From the NCBI GenBank assembly GCA_017453245.1, contig JAFTKM010000018.1, positions 10,916 through 74,915 on the forward strand: a stretch of 64,000 bases of DNA, in the 5' to 3' direction. The notes below the pieces were generated by a model. It did no database searches. It was not told the DNA's origin and worked only from the letters and a program-made list of their open reading frames with translations. Of the stretch, positions 37,534 through 47,308 are shown in pieces. Made by a program: the position numbers and the translations under genes. This DNA comes from Clostridia bacterium (GTDB lineage: Bacteria > Bacillota > Clostridia > Oscillospirales > CAG-272). The number at the start of each line of letters is the position of its first letter. Position 1 is the first letter of the stretch.

Positions 37534-37930
37534 TAATAACGAGCAGAATGGATTTGTTTACACATACTCCGCTAAGAATCAGGACGAGATAAAGGCTATC
37601 CGCGAGAAGTATGAGAAGCGCGAGGAGAGCAAAATGGAGCGCCTTCGCAGGCTCGACCGCACCGCCGAATCGAGAGCCACGGCACTCTCCTTGATATTCG
37701 GTATCGTAGGCGCGCTTATTCTCGGATTTGGTATGAGTCTTATGATGTCGGAGCTTCCGACTATCCTCGGTATGGGGCAGACCACCGCGATAATAATCGG
37801 CATCCTCACTGGAATCGTCGGCGGCGCAATAGCGGTCCTCGCATACCCCGCGTACAACTTCGTCTTAAAGCGTGAGAGAGCGCGCATCGCTCCCGAGATA
37901 CTCAAGCTTACCGACGAGCTTTTGAAGTGA
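37526..37930 (+). CDS. Hypothetical two-TM membrane protein
   Basis: YTYSAK.QDEI..IREKY, LRRLD, LAYP.Y, IAPEILKLTDELLK; overlaps the upstream stop. Confidence 0.75.
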   Translation: MDNNNEQNGFVYTYSAKNQDEIKAIREKYEKREESKMERLRRLDRTAESRATALSLIFGIVGALILGFGMSLMMSELPTILGMGQTTAIIIGILTGIVGGAIAVLAYPAYNFVLKRERARIAPEILKLTDELLK

Positions 37931-38075
37931 TAGCCTTGCGTCTTTGTTATCTTGTACCGATTTTCGACCGGGTGCAAAATAGTTATTTTCACTAAATATT
38001 TTGATAAATAATTACAATTGAAATAGCCCTAAGTTTGTGCTATACTTAAGCTGTAAATAAAAAACAGGAGTGCTT

Positions 38076-40430
38076 ATGTATAGAAAAACGTTAGGGCTAT
38101 TTTGCCTTCTTATGGTAATATTCGCGCTTTCCGTCTCGCTTATCGCGTGTGATAACTTCGGCGAAACAAACGATAACGGAGGCACTGAGGGGGAGGAGAA
38201 TCAGCCGCTTGATACCTCGCTTTACCTTCCCATCACAATGGGCGGTAAGCCCGAGATCACCGTTGTCAGCTCATATTCCAAGGCCTCGGAGTATGCCGCG
38301 GCTTATAAGAAGCTGATGGCGTATTTTACGAGCGCGGGCATCAAGCTCACCGTAAGATACGAGGTATCCGATGATCCGAATACCCCCGAGCTGATAATCG
38401 GCGACAGAGTAAATGCTAGCGGTGACTTGTATATCGATCCGCATTCCCTCGGTGACGAGGGCTACGCCATCCGCGTTGTCGGTGAGAAGATAATCATCGC
38501 GGGCGGCTCAACAGACTCGCTTGTTGATGCAATCGAGCTGTTTATTAGCTCTGTCCTTAAGATTGATGATAAAGATACCGACGTGAAAAATCTGTCGGTC
38601 GCACGTTCAACCGATATTTTCGTAAGACAGTATTATCCCATAACCTCTGTCAGCGTAGGCGGCAGAGACCTTTCGGGATACGATATAGTCTGCAATACCG
38701 AGAACGCTGAGGAGAAGGAGTGCGCGGATAAGCTCCATAACATACTTTACGACAATGCGGGCTATTGGCTCGACGTGAAGAAAGCGAGCAACAAGCCCTC
38801 GATCCGTATACAAAAGACAGAGACTGCGGGAGAATACAGCCTTAATGTCTACGTCAGCGGTACTGATCTTGTGATAGAGTACTCTTATCCCGTGCTGTTT
38901 ACCGAGGCATTTGACGAGTTCGTCGAGGACTTCTTAGGCTCTTCAGAGGAAAGGATGCTTGCTCTTGTCGGCGAGGTACACGTAGCAAAGGTAGCGCCTA
39001 TCCGTTATTCCGACTTCGGAGCGGTTGGCGACGGTGTGACCGATGACTATGAGGCTATCAAGGCGGCGCATGATCGGGCAAATAAGACGGGACAGACCGT
39101 AGTTGCCGAGAGCGGCAGGACCTACTACCTCGGTCAGCACGTGGCACCCATTACCGTTAAGACGGATACAGTTTGGTCGGGCGCGACCTTTATTATAGAC
39201 GATAGTACTATTGCTCCCACGGATTCTATCAGGACTGCCGCAGTATTCCTTATTGAGCGCGACTCTTATGCAACGCCCGTTACAGGCATCACCTCGCTTT
39301 CCAAGGGGCAGACAAACGTTGGTATGACCTTTGACGGTCCTACGCTTCTTTATCTCGTATATGACGGACAGAAGCAGTATATACGCTACGGCTCCAACGC
39401 CGACTCGGGAGCAAGTCAGCAGGAGATAATCCTCGTTGACAAGGACGGTAACGTCGATCCCTCCACGCCCATTCTCTGGGAATATCCGCTCCTCAGCTCT
39501 GTTGTTGCATATCCCGCGGATGATAAGCCGATAACCCTTACAGGCGGCATTTTTATCACGATTGCCAATCAGGCGCCGAGAGAATATACCTACTACGCGC
39601 GTAATATCGCGATAAAGCGCTCCAATGTAACTGTGGACGGACTTGTCCATCTTATCGAGGGAGAGGGAGATACGGGAGCTCCGTACAACGGATTTATCAA
39701 TATTTCCTACTGCAACAACACCCTTGTCAAGAATACCACTCTCACCGGACACAAGGTGTATAAGCTTTCCTCCGATGCGAACAATTCTATGGGTACCTAC
39801 GATATCTCCATCGGCAACGCCAACAACGTTACCTTCAAGGATTGCCGTCAGACAAATTCCATTACCGACACGACCTATTGGGGCATTATGGGCAGTAACT
39901 ACTGCAAGAACCTTACCTACGACGGCTGTGTATTCTCGCGCTTTGACGCGCACAAGGGCACTCACAACGCAACTATTATAAACAGCGAGATAGGTCACCA
40001 GAGGCTCAATATAATCGGCTCGGGACTTCTGATAGTGGAGAATACGATAGTACACTCCAACAATCTTATCAATTTGAGAAACGATTACGGCAGCACCTGG
40101 GAGGGTGACATAATTCTTCGCAACGTCACCTTGAACAATACCAATAACACTCCCACGCTTATCTATGCTAATTGGTATAATCACTATTTCGGCTATACCT
40201 GCTATCTTCCCGCGAATATCACCATTGACGGTGTTACTCTTGCCAAAGGCAATACCTTCTACGTTCTTCCGAATCTTGAGACGGGTATCGATCAGTCAAC
40301 GGTAGACGGAAGTGAAAACAAGAACCCCGTTGTTTTGACAAAGAAGGTAATTATTAAGAGTAATCCGAATTCATATAACTATTACGTGTCCCCGAACAAT
40401 ATTCTGTTCGGTGACGTTGAGGTCGTTTAG
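38076..40430 (+). CDS. Lipoprotein with a C-terminal right-handed beta-helix (pectate_lyase_3-like) domain
   Basis: SLIAC lipobox; N-terminal ELIIG..LGDEGYAI..IIIAGGS module; YSDFGAVGDGVTDD start of an Asn/Thr-rich beta-helix. Confidence 0.7.
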   Translation: MYRKTLGLFCLLMVIFALSVSLIACDNFGETNDNGGTEGEENQPLDTSLYLPITMGGKPEITVVSSYSKASEYAAAYKKLMAYFTSAGIKLTVRYEVSDDPNTPELIIGDRVNASGDLYIDPHSLGDEGYAIRVVGEKIIIAGGSTDSLVDAIELFISSVLKIDDKDTDVKNLSVARSTDIFVRQYYPITSVSVGGRDLSGYDIVCNTENAEEKECADKLHNILYDNAGYWLDVKKASNKPSIRIQKTETAGEYSLNVYVSGTDLVIEYSYPVLFTEAFDEFVEDFLGSSEERMLALVGEVHVAKVAPIRYSDFGAVGDGVTDDYEAIKAAHDRANKTGQTVVAESGRTYYLGQHVAPITVKTDTVWSGATFIIDDSTIAPTDSIRTAAVFLIERDSYATPVTGITSLSKGQTNVGMTFDGPTLLYLVYDGQKQYIRYGSNADSGASQQEIILVDKDGNVDPSTPILWEYPLLSSVVAYPADDKPITLTGGIFITIANQAPREYTYYARNIAIKRSNVTVDGLVHLIEGEGDTGAPYNGFINISYCNNTLVKNTTLTGHKVYKLSSDANNSMGTYDISIGNANNVTFKDCRQTNSITDTTYWGIMGSNYCKNLTYDGCVFSRFDAHKGTHNATIINSEIGHQRLNIIGSGLLIVENTIVHSNNLINLRNDYGSTWEGDIILRNVTLNNTNNTPTLIYANWYNHYFGYTCYLPANITIDGVTLAKGNTFYVLPNLETGIDQSTVDGSENKNPVVLTKKVIIKSNPNSYNYYVSPNNILFGDVEVV

Positions 40431-40449
40431 GAATAAAAAGGAGAACGAT

Positions 40450-41892
40450 ATGTCAATGCTTACTTATTCAGCCTTCGGCGCGGTAGGCGACGGAGTGACT
40501 GATGATTTTGAAGCTATAAGGGCGGCGCACGAGCGCGCTAACGAGACGGGCGAGACGGTTTATGCCGATAAGGGCAAGACCTATTATCTCGGTCAGCACG
40601 AGAATGCAATTATTGTAAGAACGAGCACCGTGTGGACAGGCGCGACCTTCATCATAGACGACAGAAATATACTCCCCACGGATCCCGCGAGGACAAAGAG
40701 CGTGTTTTATTTGTCACCTGACGAGCCCTCATATGAGGTGATGGGACTTCCCGGTCTCAAAGCAGGACAGGGTAGCGTCGGCGTTAGCTTTGCCACTCCC
40801 GTTCTTCTGTATATCTCAAATGCAGACGAGCGTCAATATATCCGCTTTGGCCCTAACGCCAATGCGGGCTCTCCCAAGCAGGAGCTTATCCTCGTCGATA
40901 AGGACGGATGCGTTGATCCCTCGACTCCTATTATGTGGGACTACGAGAAGATCACCTCCGCGGTCGCGTATCCCGTAGGAGATACGCCCATCACCGTCAC
41001 GGGCGGCACCTTTATCACACGCGCCAACGCGGCGCCTCGTGAGTACACCTACTATGCCCGCAATATCAACGTGAAGCGTTCGGGCGTGACGATAGACGGC
41101 ATCACTCACCTCATCAGCGACGAGGGTGAAAACGGCGCGCCCTACGCGGGCTTCCTGACCGTTTCGCATTGTAATAACGTCACTATCGAGAACGCGGTAT
41201 TCACCGGTCATAAGGTGTATAAGCTCTCCACCAATGTGAATAACTCTATGGGCACCTACGAGCTTTCCTTTAATTCCGCAAACTCGATAACGGTGAAGAA
41301 TTCCCGACAGACCAACGATATTACCGATCCCTCCTTCTGGGGAGTAATGGGCAGTAACTTCTGTAAGAATATTACCTATGACGGATGCATTTTCTCGCGC
41401 TTTGACGCTCATCAGGGCACGTATAACGCGACTATTAAAAACAGTGAGATAGGCCATCAGAAGCTCAGCGTTATCGGAGAAGGAACTCTGTACGTTGAGA
41501 ACACGGTCTTTCACTCGGATACCGTTGTTGCTCTCCGAGGTGACTACGGCTGCACCTGGCAGGGCGAGGTTATTCTCAAGAACATCACAATAAACAACAC
41601 CGGCACACCTATCCTTATCAACGCGGGATGGCAGAATCACTACTTCGGCTACACCTGCTACCTCCCCGAGCGCATAGTCGTTGACGGCATTAAGCTTGCA
41701 AATAAGGACTACTTCTACGTTCTTCCAAAGCTTGCGCCCGATATTGATAAGCCAACCGTCGACGGAGCGGAAAATAAGAACCCCGTCGAGCTTACCAAGG
41801 AGATCGTTATCAAGAGTAATCCCGAGGGATACAAGCATTACGTTTCCGTAAACACCGAGCTGTTTAAAAATGTTAAGGTAATTATCGAATAA
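40450..41892 (+). CDS. Signal-less paralog of the beta-helix domain of the upstream gene
   Basis: YSAFGAVGDGVTDD; shares APREYTYYARNI, NNSMGTY, WG.MGSN.CKN.TYDGC.FSRFDAH.GT, NHYFGYTCYLP; start at ATG 40450. Confidence 0.75.
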   Translation: MSMLTYSAFGAVGDGVTDDFEAIRAAHERANETGETVYADKGKTYYLGQHENAIIVRTSTVWTGATFIIDDRNILPTDPARTKSVFYLSPDEPSYEVMGLPGLKAGQGSVGVSFATPVLLYISNADERQYIRFGPNANAGSPKQELILVDKDGCVDPSTPIMWDYEKITSAVAYPVGDTPITVTGGTFITRANAAPREYTYYARNINVKRSGVTIDGITHLISDEGENGAPYAGFLTVSHCNNVTIENAVFTGHKVYKLSTNVNNSMGTYELSFNSANSITVKNSRQTNDITDPSFWGVMGSNFCKNITYDGCIFSRFDAHQGTYNATIKNSEIGHQKLSVIGEGTLYVENTVFHSDTVVALRGDYGCTWQGEVILKNITINNTGTPILINAGWQNHYFGYTCYLPERIVVDGIKLANKDYFYVLPKLAPDIDKPTVDGAENKNPVELTKEIVIKSNPEGYKHYVSVNTELFKNVKVIIE

Positions 41893-41942
41893 GTGTAACC
41901 TTTTCGCATCTTTTCTTGTCATATAGGATAAAGGAGGTAGTT

Positions 41943-42659
41943 ATGAAAAGGATAAATCGATTAATTTTTTGTTTATTGCTTATTTTTGCAACCGTGATCA
42001 GCCTCTCTGCCTGCCGCGATCCATATATTGAGTCGGGAAAGGGAACTACGACCTATGACGGAGTATCCTTTATGGTAGAGAGCATTGACTATTCGGAGGA
42101 GCACGTCAAGCTTAACACCAAGCTTGTCAATAACACTCTCTATGAGGTCACCTACGGCGCGGCATATACCGTTGAACGCTATGTAGATGGTGATTGGATA
42201 AACTCTATGAGAGCGGACGTCTCATTTATCGAGATAGCCTACGTGCTCTCACCCCTCGGCACTAACGAGAAGAGCTACTCTATGCAGTTTGCCGATATAT
42301 CTAAAGCGGGGCAGTACCGTATAAAAGTAATCTGTCACGTTCACGAAAATGACAAGCCCGTTTATACTACACTTACCGCTAACTTCACCGTGGATAACGA
42401 GCTCACCCTTGCAGGTTACCATAAACTCGACTATGAGCTGAACAGCTGGCTCTACGAGGATCTCCATCCGTATTACAAGGCGGGTGAAAAGGTGACCGTA
42501 AAGATAGGTAAGGCTTACGATATTGGCTTTAATCTGTACCTCGACGGTGAGGAGCTTGTGATGGAATCGTGGGACGGAGATTATTGGCAGTGTTCGTTCA
42601 TTATGCCTGATCATCCCGCGAAGCTCACTTATGAGACTTATGACGGTATGCTTGGATGA
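41943..42659 (+). CDS. Lipoprotein with an Ig-like domain and a C-terminal beta-rich (InlB-B/Flg_new-like) module
   Basis: SLSAC lipobox; TYGAAYTVERYVDGDW; GEKVTV...YWQCSFIMPDHP; start at ATG 41943 after AGGAGG. Confidence 0.65.
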   Translation: MKRINRLIFCLLLIFATVISLSACRDPYIESGKGTTTYDGVSFMVESIDYSEEHVKLNTKLVNNTLYEVTYGAAYTVERYVDGDWINSMRADVSFIEIAYVLSPLGTNEKSYSMQFADISKAGQYRIKVICHVHENDKPVYTTLTANFTVDNELTLAGYHKLDYELNSWLYEDLHPYYKAGEKVTVKIGKAYDIGFNLYLDGEELVMESWDGDYWQCSFIMPDHPAKLTYETYDGMLG

Positions 42660-42713
42660 TCCGTAATTTAAAACCACATTTTAGTCAATAATTATTTACA
42701 AAAGAGCGTCTTT

Positions 42714-43592
42714 ATGAGAAAATATCTTGAAGATTTTATGCAGGAGTGCGACTATAACAAGGACGATATTTACGAGCTCTTATCGGCTTACGATAAGCTT
42801 CATTTCTCCTGCTCTGACGAGCTATCCGCCCTTGTATCCGAGTATGATGCAGGGTATAATATCGACTATGAATCAGCACTTGAAGGTATGAAGGAGCTCT
42901 CCCGACTTGCGGGAATACACGAGTATACCGGCGCGCTTCTTCTGTTTCTTTGCTATACCGGAAGGCTTCGCGAGTACTACAAGGAGGCGGGAATTTCTGA
43001 TGAGATCTTCCTCGTGTCAGTCCTTGACCTTAAGTATAAGCTTGACGAGTGCAAGTGCGTATACGGCATCAAAGGATCGTTTGTCGCAAAGTGGTTTTCA
43101 GGCTTCTTTAACCTCACTCGCTTTGCCTTGGGCAGACTCCAATTTGAGATAGTCGACTTTGGCGGAGAATACGAGAAGGGCGGGGTAAAGCTCACACCCG
43201 ACACCAAGGTGATCAACGTTCATATCCCGAGGACAGGCACGCGCCTCGACCGTGAAAGCACCCTCGAGTCTTATAGACTCGCGAAGGACTTCTTCGCGCC
43301 AAAGTTCGCTGAGACTATCGCGTTTGTGTGTAGCTCCTGGCTTTTGTTCCCACGCCACAGACAGATGCTGAAGCCCGATTCCAATCTCTTAGCCTTTATG
43401 AATGACTATGATCTTGTAGCCTTGGGTGAGTATGAGAATTATAACGAGGTCTGGCGCCTCTTTGACACAAACTACGACGGCGATGTGTCACACCTTCCTG
43501 CCGATAGCTCCCTGCGCCGCGCATATATCGACCTTGTCTCCCGAGGTGAGAAAACCGGCTGGGGCAAGGGAGTATTTGTGTATATGCAATAA
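42714..43592 (+). CDS. N-acyltransferase-like protein (helical N-domain plus GNAT-like C-domain; DUF5596 / glycopeptide acyltransferase-like)
   Basis: FALGRLQFE, INVHIP..G.RL, FVCSSWLL, SNL..F, LPADSSLRRA. Confidence 0.65.
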   Translation: MRKYLEDFMQECDYNKDDIYELLSAYDKLHFSCSDELSALVSEYDAGYNIDYESALEGMKELSRLAGIHEYTGALLLFLCYTGRLREYYKEAGISDEIFLVSVLDLKYKLDECKCVYGIKGSFVAKWFSGFFNLTRFALGRLQFEIVDFGGEYEKGGVKLTPDTKVINVHIPRTGTRLDRESTLESYRLAKDFFAPKFAETIAFVCSSWLLFPRHRQMLKPDSNLLAFMNDYDLVALGEYENYNEVWRLFDTNYDGDVSHLPADSSLRRAYIDLVSRGEKTGWGKGVFVYMQ

Positions 43593-43606
43593 TTTCTCTG
43601 TAAATA

Positions 43607-43657
43607 AAAAAGCTCGTAAGCTTGTTTCCTTAACAGAAAACTCGCTTACGGGCTTTT
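43607..43657. terminator. Bidirectional terminator
   Basis: AAAAGCTCGTAAGC...GCTTACGGGCTTTT between convergent genes. Confidence 0.6.
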
Positions 43658-43666
43658 ATATTCTTC

Positions 43667-45082
43667 TTATTTTGGTCTAATCAATAGTTTAATATTATGT
43701 TCGGGCATTGTGAAGGTATATTCCCAATACTCGTCTGTTATTGCGGTGCGCTGAATCTGTTTGCCGCCATCAATCCAAAGCTCAATGTCCTCACTCTGTG
43801 GCTTTATTCGTACCGTGACTTCCTTGCCGGGCAAAGAGAATGTGGGTTGATTCGGGAGTATATAATCAGCAAGGTCAACGTGCCAAACATTTTCTACATA
43901 TTCAATGGTGTAAGTTGGATATTTGTAACCTTCCGAAACACTTTCACGATAAACGGAAATTATGGTGTTGTAAACGAACATTTTACCATCAATCACAGCT
44001 TTAGATTTTTCTACGTGCTTTATGTGAATTACACAGCACTCAATTTCGCCGTTTTCTTCGTTCATGGTGCTGTTGCTATAAGCGAAGTAATAATCATCGG
44101 GCGTTTCGTTACTGCTAAAATTTCTATAGCCTCCGTATAAGCCCTTGTCGTGCGGTAAAAATGCGTATGTTTTGGCTTCTCCCTCTGCGTAGATAACCTC
44201 GCCGCGTGTTCCGAGATACTTGAAGTTCCTACCAATTAAATAGTTATACACGCTTTCAAGGTACTCGTTAAACTCATACGTATCGGTGTCAAACAAAATC
44301 GTTTCACTGTTCAAATTGGTACAATCAATATCCGTCGGCGCGGGCAAGCCCACAGCCATAAATTCCGAAAGCCTTTCGGAAGAAAAGAATTTAGCCTTTT
44401 CAAAAGCATTTCTGCGTTTTTTACTTGCTATGCTTGCCGGCACAGCGATAGCTGTAATAACGATAGAAGCAATTACGATTACAATAATGATTCTCTTAAT
44501 AAGCGTAGGATTATCTTTGAGCTTCTTGATCGTTTCTTCTGCCTTAATCTTTTTCACGAGCTTGATAATGGCGTAAGTCAGAATAGGTAAGCCAACCGAG
44601 ATAGCCGCAATCAAGCACATTATGGGTGTATCAATACCGCCCGTGAAGCCTTGAATTATGAATAAAGCCACACCAAGTGCGATTATGCTTGCCCCTATGA
44701 TAAGACCGTCTTTATTTAATAAGATCAAAAGTATTCCAAACGCCGCCGTAATAATTCCTATGCCAAACATAAAAGGCACAATCGCACCGAGTATGAGGGA
44801 TAGACCGCCAAGAGTAATAAGTACAATGCCAATAATTTTGAATATGGGAAGATTCTTTTCCACATAGACGACCTTCGGAAGCGCTTCCTCTCCGTTTGCA
44901 AGATACTCAACGCTAACGCCAAAGACTCGTGCAAGTCCTATAAGGTTGCTCGTGTCCGGCTCTGTTTGGTTGGTTTCCCATTTTGATACAGCTTGTCTTG
45001 AAACGTCAAGCAGATCGGCTATATATTCTTGTGATAAGTTCTTTTCCTTACGGCATTTTGCAATACGCTCACCGATAGTCAT
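43667..45082 (-). CDS. Membrane-tethered XRE-family regulator with a large extracellular domain
   Basis: RKEKNLSQEYIADLLDVSRQAVSKWE HTH; five TM helices; about 250-aa soluble C-terminus. Confidence 0.8.
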   Translation of the reverse strand: MTIGERIAKCRKEKNLSQEYIADLLDVSRQAVSKWETNQTEPDTSNLIGLARVFGVSVEYLANGEEALPKVVYVEKNLPIFKIIGIVLITLGGLSLILGAIVPFMFGIGIITAAFGILLILLNKDGLIIGASIIALGVALFIIQGFTGGIDTPIMCLIAAISVGLPILTYAIIKLVKKIKAEETIKKLKDNPTLIKRIIIVIVIASIVITAIAVPASIASKKRRNAFEKAKFFSSERLSEFMAVGLPAPTDIDCTNLNSETILFDTDTYEFNEYLESVYNYLIGRNFKYLGTRGEVIYAEGEAKTYAFLPHDKGLYGGYRNFSSNETPDDYYFAYSNSTMNEENGEIECCVIHIKHVEKSKAVIDGKMFVYNTIISVYRESVSEGYKYPTYTIEYVENVWHVDLADYILPNQPTFSLPGKEVTVRIKPQSEDIELWIDGGKQIQRTAITDEYWEYTFTMPEHNIKLLIRPK

Positions 45083-45298
45083 AGTAATAAACCTCCGTTT
45101 TCCTTTGATAGAGGGGTGAATACGTAGAGTTATTCCTGCCGCAACTGTCGCCCTCGTGGTAGTATTTTACCATTTAGCCCCGGAAAACACCACCAACTAT
45201 CGCGCAACTTTAGGTTGCACCGGGGTTTTTTCTGCAAAAATATTAAGTATTTTGGTAATTAAAGCCTGCGCGTAAAAGTGCGTCGCAGGCTTATTATA

Positions 45299-45739
45299 TT
45301 ACTTAAATTCAAGGTTGATAATGTCCATAGCAACGTCAAGGTTAGTCAGTACAACCACACAACCGTCACGTGCAATTCTCCAATTATTAGAGTTTTCGCC
45401 CTTTGCAAAATATTCAATGTTCAATTCAGCAAAATTAGTGGCCTGTTCTTCGGTAGCGAATGTAATAAATGTGCAAGACTTGGAATGGTCGCCGTTTTCA
45501 ATCAAATCATACTGCTTAACGATTTCAACCGTAAAGTCGCCGCCCATAAACGCAATTTCGCTGTTTGTGAGCGAGGTTGCACGTTCACATTCTTCCTCTG
45601 TGATGTAGCACATACCTTCGGTCAAACCCTCACCTTTAAGCTTTTCGATACTCTTATCCATGTCAAATTTTCCGGCACAGCCAACAAGAAGCATAGCGAA
45701 TACCGCCAATACGGCTGCAAGTGATACGATTTTTTTCAT
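45299..45739 (-). CDS. Lipoprotein, hypothetical
   Basis: MKK..LLVGC lipobox, AAGGAG RBS. Confidence 0.7.
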   Translation of the reverse strand: MKKIVSLAAVLAVFAMLLVGCAGKFDMDKSIEKLKGEGLTEGMCYITEEECERATSLTNSEIAFMGGDFTVEIVKQYDLIENGDHSKSCTFITFATEEQATNFAELNIEYFAKGENSNNWRIARDGCVVVLTNLDVAMDIINLEFK

Positions 45740-45773
45740 AGTGTTTTTTCTCCTTTGATATGTTTTTGCTTTT

Positions 45774-46193
45774 TTATTTCATAAGCTCCTTTAACGGCTT
45801 TATCATTTTGCGGTCAAAGGTTGAATAGGTCAAATCTCCGTAATATCCGGTATGAAGCCAACGCCACTCACCAAACACACCAAAGAACAGCCAAAGAATA
45901 GGGTTAAACTGCTGTTCCTCGTTTGCCGCCTGCGCCTCTTCCTCGGTAAAGTAGCGGTCCACATACATATAGTTGTCCTCGTTGTTTGGATCACGTATCT
46001 CAAACGAACAGTATATTCCAAGATCATTATACACCGTATCATTCTCATGCCCGTGGTACAAAACAGAGTAACCCGCATCCTTGTATGCGGCTATAATTTC
46101 CTCACAGGATATTTCCTTCGGCTCTGATTTACCGCAAGCCGTGAGAGATAAGGCAAACGAGAGCAATAAAATGATTGAAAATATCTTTTTCAT
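45774..46193 (-). CDS. Lipoprotein, hypothetical
   Basis: MKK..SLTAC lipobox. Confidence 0.7.
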   Translation of the reverse strand: MKKIFSIILLLSFALSLTACGKSEPKEISCEEIIAAYKDAGYSVLYHGHENDTVYNDLGIYCSFEIRDPNNEDNYMYVDRYFTEEEAQAANEEQQFNPILWLFFGVFGEWRWLHTGYYGDLTYSTFDRKMIKPLKELMK

Positions 46194-46207
46194 ATTTCCT
46201 GATACTT

Positions 46208-47293
46208 TTAGGACAAGAAGCCGTCACTTATTTCGTGTGTTATCACTACATCCTCGTCGGGCATTGTGAAAACATATTCCCAATAATCAGAATCCGCATG
46301 AGTTTGCGTGAGCTTTATGCCATTAGCATAGAAAGCAAGGTCTGCATCCATAATCGGATGTGTGCGAAGCACTACGGTGTCGCCGGGATTTGATTCTGTC
46401 GGTGCAAAACCTTCCATCAAAAACTCCTTAGTTATATCGCTTTGATAGCTTATAGAATGGCTCACTCCGCTTGGCGGAATAATCGTTATGGTTTCTCTTT
46501 CCTTGATACCACACAATAAGCAGGTATATTCCATAACATAACCACCCAAACCACCTTCGATTTCTATTCCGTCATCCCATTGATGGTTGCATTCATCGTA
46601 TTCATATCCGCAAGCATCACAGATATAGTCACCATTTTCATCATAATGTGGCACTGCTCCGAGATCTTGGGAACATCCGCACGTATAGTTTTCAAAATGT
46701 CCTGCTTCGCCAGCGGAAACATAGGTAATAGTATGCTCGTGTTCCTCCTCGTTCAGAACATAGAAGCCTCCCATAGGTGCTTCTGATTTATAATCGAGTG
46801 TGATTAAGGTGTTATACGCAAAATTCTTTGTTCCGTATTCGAGATTTTTTGCTTCATAGTCATAAATCGAAAGAATGCAGAAAATCAAGTCGCCGTCCTC
46901 GTCAAGGGTGCCATCAGAATAAACAAATCTATAAGCGCTGTCAACGTAAAATTCAGAAAGCTCGGTTGCAGGCTTGAAGTAATAGGTGGTGAAAGTGCCA
47001 GCCAACGTGCCGACCTGTTCTCCGCGTGTGCCAAGATATTTATACGCTTGCGAACACAAATAGTCATATACCGACTTTACGTAAGCCTTAAATTCGCTAT
47101 CGGTAAGCTCGGCGTAAATGTCCTCGTCGTTATGATTTACGTAATCTTTGGTGATAGTAGGCAAATCACCTACAAGACATTTTGTAAGTTTTTCTTCCGA
47201 AAACCATTCGTTTTCTTTGTGTGCGCTACTGCACGATGCAAGACCGCATAAGCATAAAACTGCTGTCAAGCATAAAGCTAATATTTTCTTCAT
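46208..47293 (-). CDS. Modular lipoprotein (domain shared with the XRE ectodomain, His/Cys repeat, C-terminal FTMP module)
   Basis: GLASC lipobox; YKYLGTRGE; HYDENGDYICDACGY; YWEYVFTMPDEDV. Confidence 0.75.
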   Translation of the reverse strand: MKKILALCLTAVLCLCGLASCSSAHKENEWFSEEKLTKCLVGDLPTITKDYVNHNDEDIYAELTDSEFKAYVKSVYDYLCSQAYKYLGTRGEQVGTLAGTFTTYYFKPATELSEFYVDSAYRFVYSDGTLDEDGDLIFCILSIYDYEAKNLEYGTKNFAYNTLITLDYKSEAPMGGFYVLNEEEHEHTITYVSAGEAGHFENYTCGCSQDLGAVPHYDENGDYICDACGYEYDECNHQWDDGIEIEGGLGGYVMEYTCLLCGIKERETITIIPPSGVSHSISYQSDITKEFLMEGFAPTESNPGDTVVLRTHPIMDADLAFYANGIKLTQTHADSDYWEYVFTMPDEDVVITHEISDGFLS

Positions 47294-47308
47294 TCGCTAT
47301 ACCTCATT

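Noticed and set aside
38943-41922. 413-aa and 368-aa minus-strand ORFs that resemble each other
   Set aside because: Shadows of the duplicated beta-helix genes; their similarity only mirrors the sense-strand paralogy.
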